From Eledone cirrhosa (taxonomy: Eukaryota): a DNA stretch of 64,000 nucleotides. The stretch lies in assembly GCA_964016885.1 (NCBI GenBank), contig OZ024757.1, positions 16,988,001-17,052,000 on the forward strand. The letters run 5' to 3'. The notes beneath the pieces were generated by a model. The model had not been told where the DNA came from. It saw only the letters and a program-made list of their open reading frames with translations, and searched no databases. Numbering within the stretch: the stretch's first letter is position 1; each line of letters starts with the position of its first letter. Positions 36,201-48,780 of the stretch are shown here, in pieces. A program made the position numbers and the translations under genes.

Positions 36201-38216
36201 AGCACTCACCACACTTATATTGCTGCTGTCTTTACCAGAATTGGCCAGCGTACTGACCGCTCCAATATTGCTGACATCCTTATCAGATTTGGCCACCAAA
36301 CTCAACATTTCAGTATTGCTGCTGTCTTCATCGGATTTGGCCAGGGAACTGACCACTCCAATATTGCTGTTATCCTTATTAGAACTGGGCAGAGAAGTGA
36401 CCATCCCAATATTGCAGCTATCCGTATCGGATTTGGCCAGGGGACTGACCACTCCAATACTGGTGTTGTCATTATGGGGACTGGTCATTTCAAAATTGCT
36501 ACTTTCCTTATCAGAATTGTCTATTCCAAAGCTGCTACTCTTCTGATCAGAACTGGCCAATCCAAACTTATTATTTTCCTTCTCAGAACTGATCAGAGCA
36601 TTCATCATACCAAAGTTGCTGCTGTCTGTTTGAGAATTGGCAACTCCAAAGTTGCCACCAGCTGTATGAGAAGAGGCAACTCCAAAGTTGCTACCATCTG
36701 TAAAGTTGCTACCGTCTGTATGAGAATTAGCAGCTCCAAAGTTGCTACTGTCTGTATGAGAATTAGCAGCTCCAAAGTTGCTACCGTCTGTATGACAATT
36801 AGCTGTTCCAAAGTTACTAGTGTCTGTGTGAGAAGTGGCAACTCCAAAGTTGCTACCATCTGTATGAGAATTTGCAGCTCCAAAGTTGCTACCATCTGTA
36901 TGAGAATTAGCAACTCCAAAGTTGCTACCACCTGTATGAGAATTAGCAACTCCAAAGTTGCTATTGTCTGTATGAGAATTAGCAACTCCAAAGTTGCTAG
37001 CTTCTGTATGAGAATTAGCAACTCCAAAGTTGCTAGCTTCTGTATGAGAAGAGGCAACTCCAAAGTTGCTACCTTCTGTATGAGAATTAGCAGCTCCAAA
37101 GTTGCTACCGTCTGTATGAGGATTAGCAACTCCAAAGTTGCTACCGTCTGTATGAGAATTAGCAACTCCAAAGTTGCTACCACCTGTCCCAATGTCACTG
37201 TTGCTCTGCTTATTATCAACATTGGTCAGTTCTATAGCAGTGCTTTCAGTATAAGAATTGGTCATTCTCATGCTGTTACTCTCTGGGTGTGAATTGGTCA
37301 GAGAATCTGCCATTGGCATGGTATTGTTCCCTGTATGAGGACTAACCATTCCATAGCTCCTATTCTCTAGATGAGGACTGACCATACCATAGTTACTTCC
37401 CTCCATATGGGAGTTGGACATTCCAAATGTATTGTTTGCCATCCCATAGTTGCTGTTATCCATATGAGAGCTTGCCATTCCAAAACTCCTGCTCTCCAGG
37501 TGTGAATTAGTCATGCCATAATTGCTATTATCCATGTGGGGGTTGGTAATTCCATAATTCCTACTCTCCATGTGAGAATTGGCCATTCCAATGGGACTAT
37601 TTTCCATATGAGAATTAACCATTCCATAATTCCTATTCTCCATGTGAGAATTGGCCATTCCATAGTTTCTGCTCTCCATGTGGGAATTGGCCATTCCAAA
37701 ATTGTTTTCCATGTGAGAATTTGCCATTCCCATAGAACTGTTCTCCATATGAGAATTTACCATTCCATAATTCCTGTTCTCCATATGAGAATTTACCATT
37801 CCATAGTTCCTATTCTCCATATGAGAATTAGCCATTCCATAATTCCTGTTTTCCATATGATAATTCGTCATCCCAATATTACTGTTGTCCCAATGTGGAG
37901 GACCAGGCATTCTCATGTTGCCGCTATCTCTATGGTAAGAGGTCATCCCAATATTGGCGCTCTCTCTATGATAATTGGGGAAATACATGTTGTCTACTGG
38001 CTGTAGTCTGTTCATAGGATCATTGTTAGGCGCCACTGAACACAAGTTAGATGGAAACGAAAGTTGGTTTCTATCAAAGTCTGTTAAACTGTTATCTCCG
38101 TTCATTGATTTCATCAGTCCTTCCGAGTAAACGGTTTTAATGTCTTTGACAATTCCGTCTGTCTGTAAGAGATCTGTGGCTATCTCATCCTGCTTGATAC
38201 CACCAACATCTCCGAA
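33264..38216 (-). CDS. EHMT1: Giant 4953-nt (1651-codon) N-terminal exon of EHMT: repeat-rich disordered region, ARKS motif, basic RKRRWGTY..KKRKK motif, poly-Asp tract
   Basis: uninterrupted ORF; acceptor ttcttctgtttcag| at 38217, donor ACA|gtaagt at 33263; RKRRWGTY resembles vertebrate GLP RKRRMGTY. Confidence 0.9.
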
Positions 38217-40299
38217 CTGAAACAGAAGAATAAAACAATATATAAATATATATAAGGAACAATAAAATGTAGTTTGCTTGAAGCATTGTATATGATATAT
38301 AATGTGGAAAGTGATATAAGACTAAACAATGCAAAATGGACTGTAAGATGAAGGTAACAAAAAAGTAAGTTACCTGGTAATCTTTGTTTTTTTGTTGTTG
38401 CTGTTATTTCTTTTGTCCTAATATTTTGGGACTTAAAATTATTTTCTTGAGAGTATAAGAAACTTTTAGAAAAAAATGTTCTGGTTTCTTCTTTTGTGGA
38501 TTAAATTTAAACTCAAAGAGAAGAAACCAGAACATTTTTCTCTGAAAGTTCCTTATACTCTGAAGAAATATTAGGATGAAAGAAACAAAACAGCAACAAA
38601 AAAAAAAAAAAAAAAAGATTACCAGGTAACTAACTTTTTCGTTACTTTCATCTTCCAGTCCATATTGCATTGTTTAGCCTTATATCACTTTTCACATGAT
38701 ATAAGGAATAAATGGAGAGAAGTTATGCTAGGGAGGACTCATCCAACCCAACTCAAGAAAGCATAGAAAAACTGATACATTTCAACCCTTTAATGTTCAA
38801 ACCAGCCAAAACCGGCCAGAATTCTCTACCCCTTTCTGTTGAAACTGGTCACTCAAACTAAAGTTAAGGTATTGTTCTCAAAATAAATACTTTCAAAATC
38901 TCATAGATTCGATATTATGTGAGATAATTAAGCGAGGTAAAGCCTTTACTATGAAAATATAATAGTATATATAGAATAATGTGAATGCCAAAGGGTTAAA
39001 GCCATTTTCACTGCAGACGCAATTATAAACATCTCTCTCCATTTAGCCCTATCAATACCGACACCCTGGCTTTCACCTTCACAAGTGTCATTCTTGATCC
39101 TTCTCTTCCTCTACTTCCTTCCACATTCATTTCCATTATTCCACGCACTGGAGAGGGGAGAATTAGATGCATTCTCTCACACAAGCACAGTTCCACAATC
39201 TTTGTCACACCATTGTGACCTGGTCACTGGCACAGATCCAAAACTTTAGTCACACCATTGTAACCAAATCACTGACAGTTTCACAATCTACGTCACACCG
39301 TTGTGACCTGGTCACTAACAGTTACTCAGTCTTTGTCACACCATTGTGACCTGGTCACTGACACAGTCCTATAATCTTTGGCTCACTGTTGTGACCTGGT
39401 CACTGACACAATTCTAGTCTGTCACACCATTGTGACTTGGTCACTGATACTGTTCCAGTCATTGTCATGAAATTAACTGCTCTAATTAATTCATCAATGA
39501 CCTCGTCAGGTATTGTCAGAATTAATTGACGGTGTTGACAAACAACAGTGACTGGACTGACTGGTAAAGGAAGGGGAGACTGAGAGACAAGTGTTTGGAT
39601 TATTTTGTATCATCAGTTCACTTATATTCTGAGTTCAAATCCCATCAAGGTCAAGAAGTGTGATTTTCAAGCTCCTATAGAGTTGAAGAAAGGCCAGTCA
39701 TACTCTGAAGTTGAAGAATATACCCCCACCTCCCTACTCCTATTACTACAACAACACAGTCGCTCAGTTTGCTAGAAATAGTAACTAAACTGCCCTCAAA
39801 TCAACAGTCTTTAAAAAAATGAATTGGATACATTATATAATACACTCCAAGACACACAATGTCTGAAAATAAAAGAGGGGCTGGTCACGGTTGGAACATC
39901 TTTAATCATATCTGTTGTATCAGGGCTGACCTGGGGCTAAATAGTAACAATAAAGATATCTCAGATTAGATAATAATCTAGTGCTAGATACACAATGCCT
40001 GAATAAAAGATGGGATGGTCATGGTTAGAACATCATTGATTTATAGGTCTGCAGGATCAGAGTTGATCTGGGGTTAAACAACAATTAAAGATTCGCTGAG
40101 AGAAGAAGTGCCAGGAAATCCCAGTGGAAGGAAGCGGCAGTTGAGGTAGACCAAAGAAGACCTGGTGAGACCTGATCTCAAAACACTGAGACTCACAGAG
40201 ATGTCAAAGGAAGGCAACGAGTGGAGAGATGTCATACTGAGAAGGACCTGTCCAACCCATGCAAGAATAGAAAAATGGACGTAAAAACAATGGTGTTAG

Positions 40300-40900
40300 A
40301 TGTGAAACAGGGCCAGAAATGTTTAGAGGACAGGTCAGTCATTTAAAAATTGACCTCAATACACAACTGGCATATTATGAACACTGGAAGGATGAAAGGT
40401 AAAGCTGACCTCAGCGAGATTTGAACTCAGAAGATAAGGAACCATAAGTGAATATTGCAAGATATTCTACTGATTCTGCCAATTAACTGCTCTAACAATA
40501 ATAATGATTTCTAACACAGGCACAAGGTGAGCATTTGAAGGCAGAGGATATCAACCCCAGTACTTAACTAGTACTTTATTGAACCTCAAAAGGATGAAAT
40601 GCAAAGCTAACCTCAGTGGGATTTGAACCCAGAAAGTAGAAAGTCAGAACTAAATACTGCAAAGCACCAATATTACCAACTCACAGCTCTAATAATAATA
40701 ATTGTTTCTGATTTAAGCACAAGGCCAACAATTTTGGGGGAGGGGAAAGTCGATTAAATTGACCCCAGCACTTGACCAGTACTTTATTTGATCAACTAAA
40801 GAAGGATGAAAGGCAAAGTTGACCTCAACAGGATTTGAACACAAACCATAAAGGACTTTAACTAAATGCTGCAAAGCATTTTGCCCAACACTTTAATGAT
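40300..40900 (-). mobile_element. Tandem cluster of decayed copies of a second SINE family
   Basis: three to four repeats of the GGATGAAAGGCAAAGTTGACCTC..GGATTTGAACTCAGAA block; dispersed copies near 1465, 21400-21885, 25200-25720, 27450, 29500, 58370. Confidence 0.65.
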
Positions 40901-41269
40901 TGGTCTAGATCTAACAACTACTGGTATACATTGAACAGTGAAACATTTTACACACACATGTATGTACCAGTAATTCACCAGTGTCAATTCAGTCAAATCC
41001 ACACCCTCCCTTGTTACAGCTAGTAAAATTCAAAACAATAATTAATTTGCATAAAAACATAACATTTGACATAAAAGCAGACACACTTACACGCACACAT
41101 TTGAAAGACAAATAAGACACAAAACAAGCCCTCAGACTCTTCTTTGTCTCTCTTGCCACACACACATACACTTTATTCTGTCACTCCGACACACACACAC
41201 ACACACACACAAGCATACAAAGGTCCTCACAGACAATGCATTCTGTCTCTACACGCATGTATGCACACT

Positions 41270-41377
41270 TCATTCTGTCACATAGACATGTATATATACA
41301 CTTCATTGTCACTTCCACACACACATGCACACATACACATATTAAACACAAGACACACACATATATGAAAGACAAGC

Positions 41378-41458
<81 letters not shown>

Positions 41459-41528
41459 TTCATTGTCACTTCCACACACACATCCACATATTAAACACAA
41501 GACACACACATATATATGAAAGACAAGC

Positions 41529-41579
<51 letters not shown>

Positions 41580-44315
41580 TTCATTGTCACTTCCACACAC
41601 ACATGTACACATACACATCTTAAACACAAGACGCACACATTTATGAAAGACAAGCCACACACACATATATATATACACTTCATTGTCACTTCCACACACA
41701 CATGCACACATACACATATTAAACACAAGACACACACATATATGAAAGACAGGCCACATACACATATATATATATACACATTGTCACTTCCACACACATA
41801 TACATATACTTCATTCTCTGTCACTTCCACACACATATATGAAAGACAAAACACACACATGTATACACACACCATTCTTTGTCACTTCCACACACATATA
41901 TATGAAAGACAAAACACACACATGTATATACACACACCATTCTTTGTCACTTCCACACATCACATATATATATATATGAAAGACAAAACACACACATGTA
42001 TATACACACACCATTCTTTGTCACTTCCACACACACACACATATATATGAAAGACAAAACACACACATGTATATACACACACCATTCTTTGTCACTTCCA
42101 CACACACATATATATATGAAAGACAAAACACACACATGTATATACACACACCATTCTTTGTCACTTCCACACACACATATATATGAAAGACAAAACACAC
42201 ACATGTATATACACACACATATATATATGAAAGACAAAACACACACATGTATATACACACACCATTCTTTGTCACTTCCACACACACACACATATATATG
42301 AAAGACAAAACACACACATGTATACACACACCATTCTTTGTCACTTCCACACACATATATATATGAAAGACAAAACACACACATGTATATACACACACCA
42401 TTCTTTGTCACTTCCACACACATATATATATGAAAGACAAAACACACACATGTATATACACACACCATTCTTTGTCACTTCCACACACACGTATATATAT
42501 GAAAGACAAAACACACACATGTATATACACACACCATTCTTTGTCACTTCCACACACACACATATATATATGAAAGACAAAACACACACATGTATATACA
42601 CACACCATTCTTTGTCACTTCCACACACACACATATATATATGAAAGACAAAACACACACATGTATATACACACACCATTCTTTGTCACGTCCACACACA
42701 CACATATATATATATATGAAAGACAAAACACACACATGTATATACACACACCATTCTGTCACTTCCACACACACATATATATGAAAGACAAAACACACAC
42801 ATGTATATACACACACCATTCTTTGTCACTTCCACACACACACATATATATATATGAAAGACAAAACACACACATGTATATACACACACCATTCTTTGTC
42901 ACTTCCACACACACACACACATATATATGAAAGACAAAACACACACATGTATATACACACACCATTCTTTGTCACTTCCACACACACACATATATATGAA
43001 AGACAAAACACACACATGTATATACACACACCATTCTTTGTCACTTCCACACACACATATATATATATATGAAAGACAAGACACACACATGTATATACAC
43101 ACACCATTCTGTCACTTCCACACACACATATATATGAAAGACAAAACACACACATGTATATACACACACCATTCTTTGTCACTTCCACACACACACACAT
43201 ATATATATATGAAAGACAAAACACACACATGTATATACACACACCATTCTTTGTCACTTCCACACACACATATATATATATATGAAAGACAAAACACACA
43301 CATGTATATACACACACCATTCTTTGTCACTTCCACACACATATATATATGAAAGACAAAACACACACATGTATATACACACACCATTCTTTGTCACTTC
43401 CACACACACACATATATATATATATGAAAGACAAAACACACACATGTATATACACACACCATTCTTTGTCACTTCCACACACACACATATATATATGAAA
43501 GACAAAACACACACATGTATATACACACACCATTCTTTGTCACTTCCACACACACACACATATATATGAAAGACAAAACACACACATGTATATACACACA
43601 CCATTCTTTGTCACTTCCACACACACATATATATGAAAGACAAAACACACACATGTATATACACACACCATTCTTTGTCACTTCCACACACACACATATA
43701 TATATATGAAAGACAAAACACACACATGTATATACACACACCATTCTTTGTCACTTCCACACACACATATATATATGAAAGACAAAACACACACATGTAT
43801 ATACACACACCATTCTTTGTCACTTCCACACACACATATATATATATGAAAGACAAAACACACACATGTATATACACACACCATTCTTTGTCACTTCCAC
43901 ACACACATATATATATGAAAGACAAAACACACACATGTATATATACACACCATTCTTTGTCACTTCCACACATATATATATATATGAAAGACAAAACACA
44001 CACATGTATATACACACACCATTCTTTGTCACTTCCACACACACATATATATGAAAGACAAAACACACACATGTATATACACACACCATTCTTTGTCACT
44101 TCCACACACACATATATATGAAAGACAAAACACACACATGTATATACACACACCATTCTTTGTCACTTCCACACACACACACATATATATGAAAGACAAA
44201 ACACACACATGTATATACACACCATTCTTTGTCACTTCCACACACACACATATATATGAAAGACAAAACACACACATGTATATACACACACCATTCTTTG
44301 TCACTTCCACACACA
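41270..44315. repeat. ~70-bp minisatellite with variable internal (CA)n/(TA)n
   Basis: ATGAAAGACAAAACACACACATGTATATACACACACCATTCTTTGTCACTTCC(AC)n(AT)n, roughly 40 copies. Confidence 0.95.
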
Positions 44316-44944
44316 TCATCCTTAGAGTAATCTTTCCACCAAATTCACCCAAACCAAACACATCACAGCAAACCAACTCCATTTTCACTCATGAGTATTT
44401 GTGTATTTGGCCTGCTAGAAATAGCAACCAAAACACACTTTTCACAGATCATTATAACGGGAGTGCCTCCACATGGTTACTAGGCCAATCTAGAAATAGC
44501 AACCAAACAATACTTTTCATAAATAACCCTAATGAGTGGCTCTACATGTGTATTTGGTCTGCTAAAAATAGCAACCAAAACACCCTTTTCAAAGATCACT
44601 AAAACGAGAGTGCATTCAAATGGTTGCTTGGCCAATCTAGAAATAGCAACCAAACAATACTTTTTCACAAATGACCCTAACGAATGGTTATATTTGGTAT
44701 CTCAACCTGCTAGAAATAGCAGTCAACCATCATCGTATTCCCTCCAAAGACAAGAATGATCCTGGCTAGAATATCTTTTGCCATAGGTCTGCTGGCTGGA
44801 CACAGGTGACATGGGAGCTAACTCACCACCAACAACATGGAAGGTCAGCTGGATCAAGGTTGACCCGAGGCTAATAACAATTTCATTAACTTCTCAAACT
44901 CCCAGCTCTAATTAATCAAAATGAGTGGTGTGTGTGTTTATATA

Positions 44945-45240
44945 TCATCATCATCATCATTTCATTTTACGTCCGCTTTTTCCCTGCTTGCAAGGGTGGG
45001 ACGGGAACTGATTCTGGCTTGATTTCTACAGCTGGATGCCCTTCCTAACACCAACCTCATTTACAGTGGAATGATAGGGACCCCGGTCCCCATCATCTCA
45101 TTTCTACAGCTGAGTAAACTGGAGCAATGTGAAATAAAGTGTCTTGCTCAAGGAAACAACACATCACCCGGTCTGAGAATTGAACTCACAACCTTTCAAT
45201 TGCAAGGCCAATGCTCTAACCACTAAGCCATGTGCCTCCA
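44945..45240 (-). mobile_element. tRNA-derived SINE, same family
   Basis: sequence match to 254-618. Confidence 0.8.
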
Positions 45241-45407
45241 TATATATATCATTATCGTTTTTATATCCACTTTACTGGCATGGGTTGGACGGGATGTTTA
45301 CAAAATGTTTTACAGCCGGACAGGGATATATATGGCAATAAACACGCACACATATATATTATAAAATAACATGAGGCTGGACTGGTGTAATTCCTTAAAG
45401 GTTTATT

Positions 45408-45465
45408 ATACTATGAACATTTCAATGACCGGGTTCAGTATGAATCCGGTGACATCATCAGGTAT
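45408..45465 (-). ncRNA. Minimal hammerhead ribozyme motif
   Basis: atac-CTGATGA-tgtcaccggattca tac tgaacccggtcatt-GAAA-tgttca-TA-gtat on the minus strand. Confidence 0.65.
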
Positions 45466-45694
45466 TCGAAATTTAACAAAGGAATATTGAAATGTTCATA
45501 GTATAATAAACCTTTAAGGAATTACACCAGTACAGCCTCCTGTTATTATATAATAATTAACTCCGTACTCGCACCACCAACAACACAAACGAAGACGGGT
45601 GAGTTGCATTACATCGAGTGCTCTCCCTAATATTACATCAAGGTTGACCATACGGAATGACCAGTTCTATCCAGTGGTGAACCAACAAACCTGA

Positions 45695-45747
<53 letters not shown>

Positions 45748-45750
<3 letters not shown>

Positions 45751-45955
45751 CAAAGAAGGTGTGGTAAGATAGTCGGGTGGACCATAACCCACCAGAGTAC
45801 TCAATACTTAGGGTAGCAGAGTGGATAATAGGAAAAGATTCAGGGTCCCTGACGGCTGAGCTCTGGCCGTTTCGACAGCTAGATCCAAATTAGCTGTCGG
45901 ATCTAGCTGTTGAAATGGCCAGATCTCAGCCGTCGGGGTCCTGACTATTTTCCTA
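45748..45955. mobile_element. GC-rich hairpin element (diverged subfamily) in (TA)n
   Basis: arms 45828-45886/45899-45955; tail with GAGTACTC homologous to 46868-46950. Confidence 0.7.
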
Positions 45956-46170
45956 TATATATATATATATACACACACACCGTATATACTTGAGGAATAT
46001 GTGACAAAAAATTCAATGGTAGGAGGCTCAACTTATATTTGGTGTCAGCTTGTATTTCAAGCATATACGGTGTGTGCATGCATGTGTGTGTATATATATA
46101 TATATATATATGTTATTATGTGAGTAACTTGTAGTTACTAGTGGCAACGCTGGTCGAATGGGACAACCCA

Positions 46171-46272
46171 TGTAAACTCTCACATCTGAAGAAGTGTTGA
46201 TTAAGAGTTGGGATCTGATCACATGATCAAACCCGAGCTGATTGATACAGAAACAATTGTAATAAAGTTTAC
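46171..46272 (+). ncRNA. Hammerhead ribozyme motif with CAATTG palindrome and long stem II
   Basis: CTGAAGA 46186-46192; stem II gtgttgatta.../...tgattgatac; GAAA 46250-46253; caattg; TA; distal stem I tgtaaact/agtttaca. Confidence 0.65.
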
Positions 46273-46867
46273 AAAAAGCTGCAATTCTTATTGTCACTTT
46301 AATGTAAATTTCTTGTTGAGTCAAACAACGCTGTACGTTAAAACTATCCACGACACAGAGTACTCATAACCTCCAGCTGGTTACTTTAAATGATATTTTG
46401 TTATCCTATATCATCATCATTTCATTTTACGTCCGCTTTTCCCTGCTTGCAAGGGTGGGACGGGTCTTATTGAGCACAGCATCTCTCCACTTGTCACGGT
46501 CCTTCGTCATCTCCACCGTGAGCTTCAGCGATCTGAAGTCTGTTCTCACCACCTCCGCCCATGTTTTTCGTGGTCTACCTCTACCACGTCTTCCTTCAAC
46601 TGGCATTTCCTATATATATATACATATATACATATAAGATTAAATGCAATTTACAGCTCAAATATATGCAGGTTTTGCTGGCCTCCTATGATCTTATAGG
46701 AAGTTTCTTAGATGTTTTAATGATAGAGATCATGAAAAGTAATGTGAAATGAAGTATCTTGGTGAAGAACACAATGCATTGCCAGATCTAGGAATGAAAC
46801 CCATGACCTAATGGCTATGAATCCAACACATTAACCACTAGGCTACGCGTGTGCGTGTGTATATATA

Positions 46868-47062
46868 TAACGAAGGAGGTGTGGTAAGGAACCAGATGGA
46901 CCATAATGCACCAGAGTACTCAATACTGAGGGTAGTAGAGTGGGTAATAGGGAAAATGTTTAACCCCGACGGCAGAGCTCAAGCCGTTTCGAGGGCTATT
47001 TCTGAGTCTAGAAATAGCCGTCGAAACGGCTTGAGCTCTGCCGTCGGGGTTAAACATTTTCC
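46868..47062. mobile_element. GC-rich hairpin element in (TA)n
   Basis: 53-bp arms 46951-47003/47010-47062 with one mismatch. Confidence 0.8.
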
Positions 47063-47153
<91 letters not shown>

Positions 47154-47155
47154 TA

Positions 47156-47212
<57 letters not shown>

Positions 47213-47792
47213 TATGTGTGTGTGTGTGTGTGTGTGTGTAGTTTATTATTACATGAAAGATTATTTTCTCATATCTAAAGGTTTCATGCAGTCAACTAGA
47301 TTCAAAGATGTTCAGTCCCTTAGTTTTGTATATGTGGGTGTAGGTATGGCAGGGAAAATATGTATATATGTGTATAGGTATGGCAAGGAAAATGTGTATA
47401 TGTGTGTGTAGATATGGTAAGAAAAATATGTATATATATGTGTAGGTATGGCAAGAAAAATGTGTATGTGTGTGTGTATGTATGCAGGTATGGCAAGGAA
47501 AATGTATATATGTGTGTGTATGTAGGTATGGCAAAAAAATGTGTGTAGGTATGACAAAAAAAATATGTGTATTTTTATAGGTATGGCCAGTAAAATGTGA
47601 GTGTGCGTGTGTAAGTATGACAAGGAAAATGTGTATGTATGTGTGTGTGTAGGTTTGGCAAGGAAAATGTGTATGTCTTTATAGGTATGGCAAGGAAAAT
47701 GTGTGTTTATAGGTATGGCCAGTAAAATGTGAGTGTGTGTGTAGGTATGGCAAACAATACATGTATATGAATGAGTGTGTATGTGTACATAC

Positions 47793-47823
47793 CATACCTC
47801 TAAGATTGACAAAATACCTCATA
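47793..47823 (-). CDS. Speculative 31-nt second coding exon (P)MRYFVNLRGM
   Basis: ttgttcag| acceptor and |gtatgt donor; phase 2-0 would join 48666-48688 to the giant exon; no homology support. Confidence 0.25.
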
Positions 47824-48153
47824 CTGAACAAGATGGGGTGTTGTAAGAGGTGTGTGTGTGTGTGATGAATATGTGTGTGTGTGATGAGTGATGAGTGATG
47901 AATGTGTGTGTATGTGATGAGTGTATGAGTGATGAATGTGTGTGTATGTGATGAGTGTATGAGTGATGAATGTGTGTCTATGTGATGGGTGTATATGAAT
48001 GATGGGTGTGTATGCGTGTGATGAGTATATGTGTGTGAGTGGTGTTGGTCAAAGATTTCTGGGACAACACGACACAAATATAACTAAAGTGAGAGCCCTT
48101 AGAACATCACAAAAGAGAGGTCCTTTAATGTGTGTGTGTCTATACATATACAC

Positions 48154-48210
<57 letters not shown>

Positions 48211-48433
48211 CTCTCTTCCCCTGATGTCTCCAATCGCAGTTAGTCTTCAAATCTCTCGATTAGTCTTTGCTGTCTACAAGTAGTAATAGTAATAATAACA
48301 ATAACAACATCAACAATTATATTATACAAATAAATGCTTGGGTGTGAAAATACACATTGTAATATACGTAGGCACACACAAAAAGACACACACACACACA
48401 CTTGCACAGAGTAAAGGTTTGATATATAACGAT

Positions 48434-48469
<36 letters not shown>

Positions 48470-48478
48470 GCACCACAA

Positions 48479-48513
<35 letters not shown>

Positions 48514-48550
48514 TGTGTGTACATATATATATATGGGTGGGTGTGTGTTT

Positions 48551-48584
<34 letters not shown>

Positions 48585-48665
48585 ATATATATATACATAT
48601 ATAGATAGATGGATAGATATATAGACAGATGTTTTGAGAAATGGTAGAGAGAATTCAATGATTAC

Positions 48666-48688
48666 GGTTCTGACATTAAAGCAGCCAT
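48666..48688 (-). CDS. Candidate first coding exon MAALMSE(P)
   Basis: aacaacATGGCTGC in good start context after a short CpG-rich patch; |gtaat donor. Confidence 0.4.
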
Positions 48689-48780
48689 GTTGTTTCGTTG
48701 TTGTAGTCGTGGTAGCGGCGGCGGTGGTGGTGAAGGTGATAGCAGAGAGAGAAAGAGAGAGAGAGAGAGTCTTTCTTCCA
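48680..48780 (-). promoter_or_regulatory. Putative 5' UTR / start region of EHMT with YY1-like CAACATGGCTGC motif
   Basis: CpG-rich CCGCCGCCGC patch in otherwise AT-rich DNA; YY1-type AAnATGGC overlapping the candidate ATG. Confidence 0.35.

Noticed and set aside
34135-38006. Long plus-strand ORFs (e.g. 35562-37292, 576 aa)
   Set aside because: Antisense shadows of the repetitive EHMT giant exon
41144-44602. Dozens of overlapping ORFs rich in H/T/Y/I/C/V
   Set aside because: Translations of a CA/TA-rich minisatellite; the same applies to YIYI, CVCV and ERER ORFs elsewhere
48210-48275. Possible acceptor for a second 5' exon
   Set aside because: Stop codon in the needed phase and no donor before the (TA)n tract
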